The translations under genes were made by a program, and so were the position numbers. The notes under the pieces were generated by a model. The model was not told where the DNA came from. It did no database searches and was given only the letters and a program-made list of their open reading frames with translations. DNA of 24,000 bases from Athalassotoga saccharophila (GTDB lineage: Bacteria; Thermotogota; Thermotogae; Mesoaciditogales; Mesoaciditogaceae). The stretch is taken from contig NZ_AP019551.1 in the NCBI RefSeq assembly GCF_009936215.1, positions 930,708 through 954,707 on the forward strand, given 5' to 3'. Shown here one piece after another: positions 10,993 to 19,989 of the stretch. Numbering within the stretch: position 1 is the first letter of the stretch; the number at the start of each line of letters is the position of its first letter.

Positions 10993-11331
10993 TTAGAAAT
11001 TTATGTCTACAATATGAATATTGACCTCCGTTGGATTCATCCCAACGTAGAATTTCAAATTGTAAATTATCGCATCCTGAAGGTTCTTACCAACCTGCAT
11101 GACATTTATACCGTATTCGGCTATGACGTAGACGTCTACTTTGACATTTTTACCATCATCGATCAATTTTATTCCTCTGTCCGTTTCGCTAAACAGGGAG
11201 GCAAACTGGGACATCAAAGACGCATTGGAAAGATCTACAATCCCATAACTGTTGATTATCGCCTCGCGTATCAGTTGCTTTATCGCTTGAGAAGATACCT
11301 CGATTTCCCCGTATTTTGTAGAAAATTTCAT
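10993..11331 (-). CDS. Asp23/Gls24 (DUF322) family protein, YloU-like
   Basis: I trimmed the track ORF 10993..11451 to ATG 11331. AGGAGGG lies 6 nt upstream, and the ATG is 1 nt past the dxs TGA at 11333-11335. The 40 extra upstream codons overlap dxs. The product is 112 aa: MKFSTKYGEIEVSSQAIKQLIREAIINSYGIV.... Confidence 0.8.
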   Translation of the reverse strand: MKFSTKYGEIEVSSQAIKQLIREAIINSYGIVDLSNASLMSQFASLFSETDRGIKLIDDGKNVKVDVYVIAEYGINVMQVGKNLQDAIIYNLKFYVGMNPTEVNIHIVDINF

Positions 11332-11332
11332 T

Positions 11333-13210
11333 TCATCCCTCCTGAACTTTGATTTGAAATTCTGCGAGTATTCTGGCTGCCAATTTTTCGGCCGAAAGCC
11401 CGCATAAATCGATAAGTTCTGTTCTTGTACCGTGTCCAACAAAATTGTCATCTATTCCAATTACCTCGATTTTCGATCTCAAAAATGGTGCTTTTAGCAT
11501 TACGGAAGTGCCAAAACCACCCATAACAGATCCCTCTTCTAAAGTCCATACCCTTGGAGTCGATCTTATCTCTTCAAGGGCATACATATCAAGAGGTTTT
11601 ACACTTCTGCAATTGTAAAGTCCAAGATTTACACCGTGCAAAGCAGCCTTTTCGACGATTTCAACTCCGACTTTGACCATCGATCCAACTGCGAGTATTG
11701 TCCCATCACTTCCTTCTTTTATTCTTTCCCACCTAAATGGATCCTCGAGTGGCTTCGCGTAGATTATATCATCTATGGAGGCAATTTCGGTTGCGCGCGG
11801 ATACCTTAAGGCAACTGGCCCATGAACCCTGCCGACAATGGCTTTAAGGATTGATGAAAGTTCTTCGAGGGAGGAAGGGGCCAAGATTTTCATATTTGGA
11901 ATTAAATTCATGTAAGATATGTCAAAGACGCCATGGTGTGTTGGCCCATCCTGACCTACTAAACCTGCCCTATCTATCGCAAAGATCACATCGAGATCCT
12001 GCAATGCAACGTCGTGAATTATCTGATCGAAGGCCCTTTGAAGGAAGGTCGAATATATTGCCACGACAGGCTTTAGACCTCTTAATGAGATGCCTGCCGC
12101 AAAAGTTGTACAAAGTTCTTCAGTTATTCCGAGATCGAAAAATCTGTCCTGATGATTCGACCTAAAGAATGTGAGACCCGTTCCATCTTCCATCGCGGCA
12201 GTTATTCCTATTATTCTGTCATCCTCGTCTGCCATCTTGGAAAGCACTCTTCCGAAGACTTCACTGTAGGAGTACCATCCCTTCTTTATATCGATCGAAA
12301 GTCCATTTGAAGGATTTATCATCGAAACGCTGTGAAATTTTCTTGGATTGTCTTCGGCGTATTTTATTCCCTTTCCTTTTTGAGTTAGAATGTGAACAAC
12401 TGCAGGACCTTCGACGGCCTTCAAACTTTCAAAGGTCTTTTTCATAGTTTTTATATCGTGACCATTTATCGGCCCCATGTATTTCAGACCAAAATCTTCA
12501 AAGAAGTTATCCGGCAAAAGCAACTTCTTTAGCGCGCCTTTTACCTTATCGTTGAATGATTTGAGAATGGTTTCTTTGAAAATTTCGTACACTTTTGCAT
12601 CGAACTTTCTGTAGGCTTTCGTCGTACGCATCTTGTTCAATATTATCTGAGATATCTGACCAACGCTTGGAGAAATGCTCATGCCATTGTCATTCAATAT
12701 TATCTTTATCTTCGAAGAAACCGTCTTTATCTGATTTAACGCCTCAAGGGCTATGCCCGATGTCATGGCTCCATCTCCGATTATCGCTATCACCTGATTT
12801 TTGTTCCCATTTATTCTCTCGGCAACTTCGATCCCGAGACCTGCGGCTATTGAGGTGGCGGCATGTCCCACACCAAAATAATCGTATTTTGATTCTTTTA
12901 TGGATGGGTAGCCGCTTATTCCTCCGAATTTCCTTATCGATGGCAGAGTTTTTGCCCTGCCGGTAAGTATTTTGTGCGTGTAGGCCTGGTGACCGGTGTC
13001 CCAGATTATTATGTTTTTATCTGGCGGGAAGACGCTGTAGAGCGCAAGTGTCAATTCCACAGTGCCAAGGTTGGGGGCAAGATGACCATCTCCGGAAGAA
13101 ACGACTTCGACTATGTAATTTCTTATATTTTCGGCAAGATCGTACATTTCATCTACACTCATTTTGTCGAGTTTTTCAAAAAGCGGTTCATCATCCCATT
13201 CAATTTTCAT
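11333..13210 (-). CDS. dxs: 1-deoxy-D-xylulose-5-phosphate synthase
   Basis: 625 aa. It has GHQAYTHKILTGR, the TPP-binding IGDGAMTSG...NDN, and transketolase-like middle and C-terminal domains. Confidence 0.95.
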   Translation of the reverse strand: MKIEWDDEPLFEKLDKMSVDEMYDLAENIRNYIVEVVSSGDGHLAPNLGTVELTLALYSVFPPDKNIIIWDTGHQAYTHKILTGRAKTLPSIRKFGGISGYPSIKESKYDYFGVGHAATSIAAGLGIEVAERINGNKNQVIAIIGDGAMTSGIALEALNQIKTVSSKIKIILNDNGMSISPSVGQISQIILNKMRTTKAYRKFDAKVYEIFKETILKSFNDKVKGALKKLLLPDNFFEDFGLKYMGPINGHDIKTMKKTFESLKAVEGPAVVHILTQKGKGIKYAEDNPRKFHSVSMINPSNGLSIDIKKGWYSYSEVFGRVLSKMADEDDRIIGITAAMEDGTGLTFFRSNHQDRFFDLGITEELCTTFAAGISLRGLKPVVAIYSTFLQRAFDQIIHDVALQDLDVIFAIDRAGLVGQDGPTHHGVFDISYMNLIPNMKILAPSSLEELSSILKAIVGRVHGPVALRYPRATEIASIDDIIYAKPLEDPFRWERIKEGSDGTILAVGSMVKVGVEIVEKAALHGVNLGLYNCRSVKPLDMYALEEIRSTPRVWTLEEGSVMGGFGTSVMLKAPFLRSKIEVIGIDDNFVGHGTRTELIDLCGLSAEKLAARILAEFQIKVQEG

Positions 13211-13430
13211 CGTTCTTCATCTCCCTTTCGAGTTCTCCGAGAACTTCTTTCACAGAAAGCGAGGCCGAGTCTATTAGAAATTTACATCTTTTGTAAAGCG
13301 CAACACCTTCCTTGAATAATTTTATCGATTCTTCAAGGGTTATTTGAGGATCTTCCATCTTTTTTAAAACCTCTTCGAGTCTGTTATAGGCCTCTTCAAA
13401 AGATAACTCTTCTATCTTCTCATTTTCCAT
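13200..13430 (-). CDS. xseB: Exodeoxyribonuclease VII small subunit
   Basis: 76-aa helical protein (LSFEEAYNRLEEVLKKME...LEESIKLFKEG). It sits immediately downstream of xseA and overlaps both neighbours by 11 nt. Confidence 0.85.
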   Translation of the reverse strand: MENEKIEELSFEEAYNRLEEVLKKMEDPQITLEESIKLFKEGVALYKRCKFLIDSASLSVKEVLGELEREMKNDEN

Positions 13431-14754
13431 TTTTGTCTATCTCCAATACCTCAGATAATATTTTACCATCGAAAAGTTCCAATTTTATTTTATCCTCTTT
13501 TCTCAATTCTTCGACAGATTTTACGTGATGATCGCCCTTTGAAATGATCGCGTATCCACGCTTAAGAGGCTCATAAGGATCGTGAATGCTCAAAGACAAA
13601 AAGGCTTTTTCTACGATGGAACTTTTAGAAGACATACTGTTAACAGTTATACGTTTTAAAGTGTCCATTTTCGTGTAAAGTCTTTCTGGTATTATCTCCG
13701 TTGTCCTTACCACCTTTGAATGAGCCAAAGCATCTCCGACTCTCAAGAAGATCGATCGTTTCTCTTTTAGAATATTCTCAAGAGCCCGTTTAACCTTTAA
13801 AAAGGCTTCATCTACTTTCTCCCCCTTTAGAGTTGTTTGATTAACGGGAGAAAGAAAATCAAGTCTTTTTTTAAGATTCATAAGATGGTAAGTCTTCTGA
13901 TCAAGATCCTGATCGAACTTTTTCACGATGTTAGAGAAGATCACGTTCATATGTTTTGTTAATTCTTGAAGATCTGGCGTGGCATATTCGGCCGCCCCCG
14001 TTGGTGTCGGCGCTCTTTTGTCTGCAACGTAATCGACAAGTGTTGTGTCTATTTCATGACCAACTCCAGTTATAACGGGTTTTTTCATCCCGTATATCTT
14101 TTTGACGACGCTTTCTTCGTTAAAGTTCCAGAGATCTTCGATACTTCCACCACCTCTTACAAGCAAAACAACGTCTGCATCCGATCTATCGGCAGCATCG
14201 AGAGCTTTAACTATTTCCAAAAAAGCATCCTTTCCCTGAACGGAGGTGTGAAATAACAATATTGTTGCAAGGGGATATCTTTTGTTTATAGTCTTGACAA
14301 CATCGTGAAATGCCGCAGAGGTTTTCGATGACACTACCGCTATACGTTTTGGAAAGGATGGAATGGGTTTTTTTGGTTTATCGAATATGCCCTCCCTTTT
14401 CAATTTCAACTTCAATTCTTCTAATTTTCTGTAAAGTTCGCCATAATCCATGCCTTCTTGGATGTCTTCGGCATAGAACTGGTACGTCCCTCTTTTTGCG
14501 TATATTCTGACAGACCCTGTAGCCTTTACCACGGTGCCTTCCTTTATTTCATGAGGATGTCTGTAAATCGCGTTGAACATGACACAATTCAAAAGATAAT
14601 CCTCTTCTTTGAGCGAAAAATAAGCGTGGGGGCCAGAAAGTTTGAAGTTCGAAATTTCCCCACGCACAGTCACATTTTGTAAAGTTTCATCCTTTTCTAT
14701 TATTGAGATAATCCTTTTGGTTATCTCGATAACACCCATTTCTAAGTCTTGCAT
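13420..14754 (-). CDS. xseA: Exodeoxyribonuclease VII large subunit
   Basis: 444 aa. It has an N-terminal OB fold (VRGEISNFKLSGPHAYFSLKE), a catalytic core (VVSSKTSAAFHDV, LLVRGGGSIEDLW) and a long helical C-terminus. Confidence 0.9.
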   Translation of the reverse strand: MQDLEMGVIEITKRIISIIEKDETLQNVTVRGEISNFKLSGPHAYFSLKEEDYLLNCVMFNAIYRHPHEIKEGTVVKATGSVRIYAKRGTYQFYAEDIQEGMDYGELYRKLEELKLKLKREGIFDKPKKPIPSFPKRIAVVSSKTSAAFHDVVKTINKRYPLATILLFHTSVQGKDAFLEIVKALDAADRSDADVVLLVRGGGSIEDLWNFNEESVVKKIYGMKKPVITGVGHEIDTTLVDYVADKRAPTPTGAAEYATPDLQELTKHMNVIFSNIVKKFDQDLDQKTYHLMNLKKRLDFLSPVNQTTLKGEKVDEAFLKVKRALENILKEKRSIFLRVGDALAHSKVVRTTEIIPERLYTKMDTLKRITVNSMSSKSSIVEKAFLSLSIHDPYEPLKRGYAIISKGDHHVKSVEELRKEDKIKLELFDGKILSEVLEIDKNGK

Positions 14755-15569
14755 ATCAACTCCGTGGCATTGACTACATTTCTCATAAGTATGGCCGATG
14801 TCACATTTCCCACACCACCGGGCACCTTTGAAACTGACACTTTTTGTGAAACCGAATCAAAATCAACGTCTCCGACTACCTTCCCATTCACGACATTTAT
14901 CCCAACGTCTATAACCGTTGAGCCTTCGCTAAACCATTTTTCATCGAACATCTTCGGTTTTCCAACTGCGGTAACGGCTATATCTGCCTCTCTAACCCTC
15001 TTGATCAGATCAACTGTCTTTGAATGACAGATGGTCACAGTCGCATCTTCGGCGATCAAAAGCAAAGAGAGCGGCTTCCCAACCGTTGTGCTCCTTCCAA
15101 CGATTGTAACATTCTTTCCGGCAAGAGGTACATGGTAGTATTTGAGCATTTCAACGACAGCCTCGGCCGTACATGGAGCAAAGTAGGCCTTCCCCATAAC
15201 CAGCATGCCGAGATTCTGCGGTGTCCTTCCCTCGACATCTTTTATAGGATCTATTGAAGAGAGGACCTTGAACTCTTCTATTTGGGACGGTACCGGATGC
15301 ATAAGCATTATTCCATGGACTTTTTTGTCAGAGTTAAGTTCTCTTATCTTCTCAAAGATGTTCTTTTCATTCACCTCAACTTCGGCATAATCTATTCCAA
15401 ATGCCAGACAGTTTTTCTTTATCGAATTGAGGTAAACTCTCGTTGACTTGTCATCGGAAGAGACCACACATCTCAATGCGGGAAATACGCCCGATGATTT
15501 TAAATTTTGAACTCTTTGTGCAACTGACTTTTTTATGTTTTCGGCAATCTCTATTCCATCGAAGATCAT
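14742..15569 (-). CDS. folD: Bifunctional methylene-THF dehydrogenase / methenyl-THF cyclohydrolase
   Basis: 275 aa. It has VGRSTTVGKPLSLLL (dinucleotide binding) and VPGGVGNVT motifs. AAGGTG lies upstream of the ATG. Confidence 0.93.
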   Translation of the reverse strand: MIFDGIEIAENIKKSVAQRVQNLKSSGVFPALRCVVSSDDKSTRVYLNSIKKNCLAFGIDYAEVEVNEKNIFEKIRELNSDKKVHGIMLMHPVPSQIEEFKVLSSIDPIKDVEGRTPQNLGMLVMGKAYFAPCTAEAVVEMLKYYHVPLAGKNVTIVGRSTTVGKPLSLLLIAEDATVTICHSKTVDLIKRVREADIAVTAVGKPKMFDEKWFSEGSTVIDVGINVVNGKVVGDVDFDSVSQKVSVSKVPGGVGNVTSAILMRNVVNATELICKT

Positions 15570-15578
15570 TTCTACACC

Positions 15579-17702
15579 TTAAAATAGTCCGGTGATATTT
15601 CCATCTTCATCAACATCGATGTTTATCGCGGCTGGCTCTTTCGGAAGACCCGGCATCGTCATTATCTCTCCGGATATTGGAACTATGAATCCAGCACCCG
15701 CTGAAAGTTTTACCTCACGTATCGTGAAGGTATATCCAGAAGGGGCGCCTATGACCTTTGGATCGTCAGAAAGAGAAGATTGTGTCTTTGCCATTATAAT
15801 TGGAAGGTGTCCGTACCCCGTCTTTTCAATCTTCTTTATATCGCTAAGTGCATCTGCGGAATATTCTACCCTACCGGCGCGGTATATCTCGCGCGCAAGA
15901 GTTTCTATCTTTTCCTTGACGGGCAGATTCCAGTCGTATAACCTGTGAAAATCATTTTTATCCTTTTCTATCGATTCGATGACTGTTTTGGCTAACAATT
16001 CTGTCCCTTCTCCGCCCTTTTCAAATCCTTCGCTAAGTGCAAACCTTACTCCCATCTTTTTAACCTCTTCTTCTACGGTTTTTATCTCGGTAGAAGAATC
16101 TGTTGGGAATTTGTTTATGGCAACGACTACGGGAAGACCGAATTTTTTGATATTCTCGATATGTACCTTTAAATTTTCCATACCCTTTCTGAGTGCTTCT
16201 AAATTCTCATTTTTAAGGTTTTTCTTGTCCTCCCCGCCATGCATCTTCAAAGCCCTAACGCTTGCAACAAGAACCACTGTGTCCGGTTTGAGATCTGCAT
16301 ACTTTGAAACAACATCGAAGAACTTTTCTGCTCCAAGATCTGCGGCAAAGCCTGTCTCGGTTATGACGTAATCCGCAAGTTTAAGGGCAAGTTTTGTGGC
16401 TATTATGGAATTGGTTCCGTGTGCGATATTGGCAAAAGGTCCGCCGTGCACTATGACAGGTGTATTTTCTGTCGTCTGTACCAAATTTGGATTTAGGGCA
16501 TCCTTTAAAAGTGCCGTCATCGCACCCTGAGCATGGAGATCTCCGGCCGTAACGTACTTTCCATCTACAGTCTCACCAATTATTATTTTGGAAAGCCTTT
16601 CTTTGAGATCATTCACATTTTCCGCAAGGCAAAGTATTGCCATTACCTCTGATGCTGCCGTTATAACGTATCCCGTCTCTCGTGGGAAACCGTTCGAAGA
16701 TCCTCCAAGTGCTACAACAACGTTTCTCAGCGCTCTGTCATTCATGTCTATCGTTCTTGGCCATCTGACTTTTCTCACGTCTATGTTAAGTTCATTTCCA
16801 TTGTGTATGTGGGCATCGATCATGGCGGCAAGCAGGTTGTGGGCCGCGCTTACGGCATGAATATCGCCGGTGAAGTGGAGATTTATCTCTTCCATGGGAA
16901 GAACTTGGGCCTTTCCACCACCGGTTGCGCCACCCTTTACACCAAAAACAGGACCAAGGGATGGTTCTCTCAAAGTCACAATGGCCTTTTTCCCGATCCT
17001 GTTAAGGCCGAGAGAAAGGCCTATGCTTGTTGTAGTCTTTCCTTCCCCTGCAGGCGTTGGCGTTATGGCCGTAACTATTATGAGTTTACCGTTTTTTTTG
17101 CTTTCGAAGTCCTTGATCAGTTGGTGAGGTATCTTTGCCATGTACTTTCCGTATGGTATTAATTGATCAGGCTCGATGCCTATCATTTTGCCTATCTCTG
17201 TTATTGGCTTCATCGTGTTCATTTTCGCATTCATTTTTTCTTCCTCCTCTTTTTTTAAATTTTTCTTCATAAGGGAAATCTTTTCTTTGTTTGCAAGTTC
17301 TTTGGCTATTCTATCCAAAACGCCATTTATGAATTTTCTGTCCCCATCTGTCCCAAATTTTTTTGCAATTTCAACTGCCTCATCTATTGAAACTTCTATC
17401 GGTATACTGTCTTCAAAGAGCAATTCGTAGACACCGAGCCTTAGTATGTCCTTGGAAACAAGAGGCAACCTCTCAAGTGTCCATCCAACGATGTAATTTT
17501 TTATCGTTTTATCTATTTCATTTTTTTTGGAAATTATATTAAAAGCCAGCCGTTCCACTTCTTTTTCATAAACACCATCTATCTCCTCCATCTCGCAAAC
17601 ATTTCTAACAGCTTCGGATGGAAGAAGATCCTGAAATTCCATCTGATATATAGATTTAAAGGCCAGTTCTCTTAAAAGCCTTCTATGATGTTTTTCACTC
17701 AC
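15579..17702 (-). CDS. nusB-fhs: Single ORF fusing a NusB antitermination domain (aa 1 to about 140) to a complete formate--tetrahydrofolate ligase (aa 157-707)
   Basis: 707 codons with no internal stop. The N-terminal part is NusB-like ([31 protein letters not shown]...[10 protein letters not shown]). A K/E linker follows. The remainder is FTHFS, with the P-loop [12 protein letters not shown] and [27 protein letters not shown] start at 17702, 2 nt after the upstream TAA. Confidence 0.88.
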   Translation of the reverse strand: MSEKHHRRLLRELAFKSIYQMEFQDLLPSEAVRNVCEMEEIDGVYEKEVERLAFNIISKKNEIDKTIKNYIVGWTLERLPLVSKDILRLGVYELLFEDSIPIEVSIDEAVEIAKKFGTDGDRKFINGVLDRIAKELANKEKISLMKKNLKKEEEEKMNAKMNTMKPITEIGKMIGIEPDQLIPYGKYMAKIPHQLIKDFESKKNGKLIIVTAITPTPAGEGKTTTSIGLSLGLNRIGKKAIVTLREPSLGPVFGVKGGATGGGKAQVLPMEEINLHFTGDIHAVSAAHNLLAAMIDAHIHNGNELNIDVRKVRWPRTIDMNDRALRNVVVALGGSSNGFPRETGYVITAASEVMAILCLAENVNDLKERLSKIIIGETVDGKYVTAGDLHAQGAMTALLKDALNPNLVQTTENTPVIVHGGPFANIAHGTNSIIATKLALKLADYVITETGFAADLGAEKFFDVVSKYADLKPDTVVLVASVRALKMHGGEDKKNLKNENLEALRKGMENLKVHIENIKKFGLPVVVAINKFPTDSSTEIKTVEEEVKKMGVRFALSEGFEKGGEGTELLAKTVIESIEKDKNDFHRLYDWNLPVKEKIETLAREIYRAGRVEYSADALSDIKKIEKTGYGHLPIIMAKTQSSLSDDPKVIGAPSGYTFTIREVKLSAGAGFIVPISGEIMTMPGLPKEPAAINIDVDEDGNITGLF
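17232..17249 (-). promoter_or_regulatory. Internal Shine-Dalgarno (GAGGAGG) plus ATG that could start a stand-alone fhs product inside the fused ORF
   Basis: The coding strand reads AAAGAGGAGGAAGAAAAAATG. GGAGG at 17243-17247 lies 8 nt before ATG 17234..17232, within the 5-8 nt range seen at unambiguous starts in this window. Confidence 0.55.
17250..17256 (-). repeat. A7 homopolymer (T7 on the plus strand) at the nusB/fhs junction
   Basis: Read directly from the sequence: ...AATTTAAAAAAAGAGGAGG.... Its length sets whether nusB reads through into fhs or stops at a TGA overlapping the fhs ATG. Confidence 0.9.
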
Positions 17703-17704
17703 TT

Positions 17705-18109
17705 TTACTGTTTATTGTCCTCTTTTCCTTCTGCTTCTTCATTTGTGTCCTTGCTCTTTAGACCTATTACATCCTCTACCAAAACGTTAACGCTTACAAC
17801 TTTAAGTCCCGTTATACTCTCGACCTCTTTTTTTATCGCTTGCTGAACCTGAGAGGTTACCTCGGGTATTTTTTCTCCATACTTTATTCTTACCTTTACA
17901 GATATTGCAACACTGTTATCGTCTGGTCTTTCTATCGTTACCTGTTTTCTGTAATATTTGTAATCTCTCGATTTTTGGGTGATCTCCTTTCCTTCTTGTT
18001 TTGCAAGTGTAAGAATTACAACGTTGCTTATAACCTGATCGGAGATCTCTATTTTTCCTCTATTTGGCTGATTCTGGTTAACCTGTTCACGCTCGCTCAA
18101 TGTACTCAC
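17705..18109 (-). CDS. Asp23/Gls24 (DUF322) family protein, YqhY-like, upstream of nusB
   Basis: 134 aa from GTG 18109, overlapping the efp 3' end by 23 nt; TTG 18100 is an alternative start. [14 protein letters not shown]...[38 protein letters not shown] fits the Asp23 family. It has an acidic C-terminal tail. Confidence 0.8.
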   Translation of the reverse strand: MSTLSEREQVNQNQPNRGKIEISDQVISNVVILTLAKQEGKEITQKSRDYKYYRKQVTIERPDDNSVAISVKVRIKYGEKIPEVTSQVQQAIKKEVESITGLKVVSVNVLVEDVIGLKSKDTNEEAEGKEDNKQ

Positions 18110-18647
18110 CCGTCCTTGTATCTACTTTTACCTTTTCTCCTTTGTTAACGAAGAAAGGTATGTTGATTCTCAATCCAGTCTCAAGAATGGCCGGCTTGCC
18201 ACTTCCTGCGACGGTATCTCCTTTAAAGCCCGGATCTGTTTCTACCACTTCGAGGACTACCGTTGTCGGTAAAAGCACACCTATGACCTTGTCATCGTGA
18301 AAAAGCAAATTCAGTTCCATATTCTCCTTCATGAACTTTATCTCTTCTTCCAAATCTCCAAGAGGAAGAGAATACTGATCGTAATTGTCATTAGTCATAA
18401 AATAGGCAAAATTATCGTCCTTGTACAGATACTGAGCGGCCCTCAGCGTAAGTGTTGCCTCCTCGACCTGATCTCCGCTTTTGAAAGTTTTATCCTGCAC
18501 AAGACCCGTAAGCACATCTTTTAGCCTTGTCCTAACAACCGCACTATGACCGCGCCCCATCTTATGCATTTCAAATTCCACGACGGTGTAAATCTTTCCA
18601 TCAATTATTATGTGCATTCCCTTTCTAAGATCTGTTACATCGATCAA
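18087..18647 (-). CDS. efp: Translation elongation factor P
   Basis: EF-P signature DLRKGMHIIIDGKIYTVVEFEMHKMGRGHSAVVRTRLK plus OB domains II and III. The track start TTG 18653 is only 2 nt from GGAGG (18656-18660). TTG 18647 has 8-nt spacing and gives the usual MI(D/E)V..DL(R/K)KG N-terminus. Confidence 0.92.
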   Translation of the reverse strand: MIDVTDLRKGMHIIIDGKIYTVVEFEMHKMGRGHSAVVRTRLKDVLTGLVQDKTFKSGDQVEEATLTLRAAQYLYKDDNFAYFMTNDNYDQYSLPLGDLEEEIKFMKENMELNLLFHDDKVIGVLLPTTVVLEVVETDPGFKGDTVAGSGKPAILETGLRINIPFFVNKGEKVKVDTRTGEYIERA

Positions 18648-18661
18648 AGGCAAAACCTCCC

Positions 18662-19723
18662 TTATATAACTGTAAAGGTCTTTTTGAAATTCGAGAGCAC
18701 CTCGTGCCCATTTTCTGTAAGCAAGACATCATCTTCTATTCTTATACCGAATTTCCCCGGAATGTAGACGCCGGGCTCAAATGTTATGACAACCCTGTCA
18801 TTTATTGGCTTATCATATCTTGTATTTAGGAATGGAGATTCGTGAACGTCCATTCCAAGGCCGTGGCCAAGGCCATGACCAAAGTAGGAATCCAATTTCT
18901 TTTCTTTGAGAAAGTTCCTTGCGTAAGAATCTATTTCTTTGCCGGGTATGCCGGCTTTCGATCTTTCTATTGCGGTAAGTTGTGCTTGTAAGACGGCATC
19001 GTATGCATCCTTTTCTTCCTGAGAGACTTTGCCCACGGCAAATGTTCTTGTCAAATCGCTACAGTACCCATCGACAAGCGATCCAAAATCAACGACTAAC
19101 ATTTCTCCACTCTCGATCTTTTTGTCAGAAGCAAGTCCATGGGGAAGAGCCCCTCTGTATCCGGAGGCCACTATCGTGTCAAAGGAAGGTTTAGACGCAC
19201 CATTTGTTTTCATCTCATATTCTAAAATGGCCGCGAATTCTTTCTCTGTCATGCCGATCCTGAACCTTTCAAGTGTTTTTGTAAGTGCATTTTCGGCGAC
19301 TTTTATCGCTTTCCTTATCTTTTCTACTTCTTCGTCATCCTTTACGGCACGAATGGCACTTACCTCTTCTTCGACGTCCTCTATCTTTACCTGATCTGAA
19401 AGTTCTTTGTACCAAGAGTAAAAAAATCTCGATCCTTCTATTCCAACGGTTTTACCCTTTAAAATCTCGATCGCTTTTTTCACAAGAGATGCATTTTCAA
19501 CCTTTACCATTTCAAAATTCGATTCTTCAGAAGCCTGCGTGTAAAATCTTGAATCAACGAGTAGGAATCTCTCTTTCTCTCCAACTATTACGCATCCTGT
19601 ATCTCCTGTAAATCCACTCAAATATCTTACCGTTGTATTAGATCCTTCCGAAGTTATCGACAAGAAATAGTCGACCTTTGATTTTACTCTTTGGTACAGT
19701 TCAGACGTTCTGTCTCTTTTCAA
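18662..19723 (-). CDS. M24-family Xaa-Pro aminopeptidase/dipeptidase
   Basis: 353 aa. A creatinase-like N-domain precedes a pita-bread fold with metal-ligand motifs VVDFGSLVDGYCSDLTRT, HGLGHGLGMDVHE, EPGVY and IRIEDD. TTG start with GGAGGG 7 nt upstream. It sits upstream of efp, as yqhT does in Bacillus. Confidence 0.9.
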   Translation of the reverse strand: MKRDRTSELYQRVKSKVDYFLSITSEGSNTTVRYLSGFTGDTGCVIVGEKERFLLVDSRFYTQASEESNFEMVKVENASLVKKAIEILKGKTVGIEGSRFFYSWYKELSDQVKIEDVEEEVSAIRAVKDDEEVEKIRKAIKVAENALTKTLERFRIGMTEKEFAAILEYEMKTNGASKPSFDTIVASGYRGALPHGLASDKKIESGEMLVVDFGSLVDGYCSDLTRTFAVGKVSQEEKDAYDAVLQAQLTAIERSKAGIPGKEIDSYARNFLKEKKLDSYFGHGLGHGLGMDVHESPFLNTRYDKPINDRVVITFEPGVYIPGKFGIRIEDDVLLTENGHEVLSNFKKTFTVI

Positions 19724-19745
19724 TTTGATCCCTCCGATCCTAAAA

Positions 19746-19754
19746 ATTATAACA
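19746..19754 (-). promoter_or_regulatory. Extended -10 promoter element TGTTATAAT upstream of the peptidase-efp genes
   Basis: The minus strand reads TCT TGA ATATATGTTATAATTTTTAGGATCGGAGGGATCAAATTG. This is a perfect TGnTATAAT about 22 nt upstream of the pepP-like TTG and just after the ferredoxin stop. No good -35 is present (AGAGTA at 17-nt spacing), which is tolerated for extended -10 promoters. Confidence 0.4.
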
Positions 19755-19759
19755 TATAT

Positions 19760-19975
19760 TCAAGAGGGTACTCTAACTCCGGCTTGTCGTATATTTATGG
19801 CAAAATCAGGACACAGATTTGCGCATTGCATACAACCTATACATTTTTCGTTGCTTTCGATTTTTGGGGCTTCGAGTTCTCCTTTTACTATCGCGTGGGT
19901 TGGACAGACCCAATAACATATTCCGCACGATTTACAGAGTTTAAAATCAATCTCGATTGAGAATTTTTTGGTCAT
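19760..19975 (-). CDS. Small 2x[4Fe-4S] ferredoxin-type protein (71 aa)
   Basis: It has two CxxCxxCxxxCP motifs (CKSCGICYWVCP, CIGCMQCANLCP). I trimmed it to ATG 19975, with GAGGAGG 5 nt upstream. The longer track start (20026) would run through the ppdK terminator hairpin and overlap ppdK. Confidence 0.8.
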   Translation of the reverse strand: MTKKFSIEIDFKLCKSCGICYWVCPTHAIVKGELEAPKIESNEKCIGCMQCANLCPDFAINIRQAGVRVPS

Positions 19976-19989
19976 AACTTCCTCCTCTG

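Noticed and set aside
10976-10993. A 5-codon mini-ORF (ATG AAA GGA CGT ACG TAG) overlapping the Asp23-family stop as TAATG and ending 11 nt before the SD-less yloV-like ATG. It also contains an ACGTACGT palindrome.
   Set aside because: It could act as a termination-reinitiation relay. At 18 nt, however, it is indistinguishable from chance, and I cannot test its conservation.
11332-11451. The 40-codon N-terminal extension of the Asp23-family ORF (track start 11451).
   Set aside because: The extension lies wholly inside the dxs 3' end in another frame. The internal ATG 11331 has a perfect AGGAGGG at 6 nt and gives the normal family length.
17250-17258. A dnaX-like -1 slippery heptamer (A AAA AAA G) at the nusB/fhs junction as a programmed -1 frameshift site.
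   Set aside because: The -1 frame only yields a tail of about 27 codons ending at a TGA inside fhs, with no sensible product. I see no downstream stimulatory stem-loop. The frame that restores a tidy two-gene arrangement is the +1 (one A fewer) frame, so an indel or error explanation fits better. It is kept only as a minor alternative in the fusion finding.
18851-18880. A short direct nucleotide repeat (ggccgtggccaaggccatgacc) inside the peptidase gene.
   Set aside because: It simply encodes the HGLGHGLG metal-binding motif of M24 peptidases and is not a repeat element.
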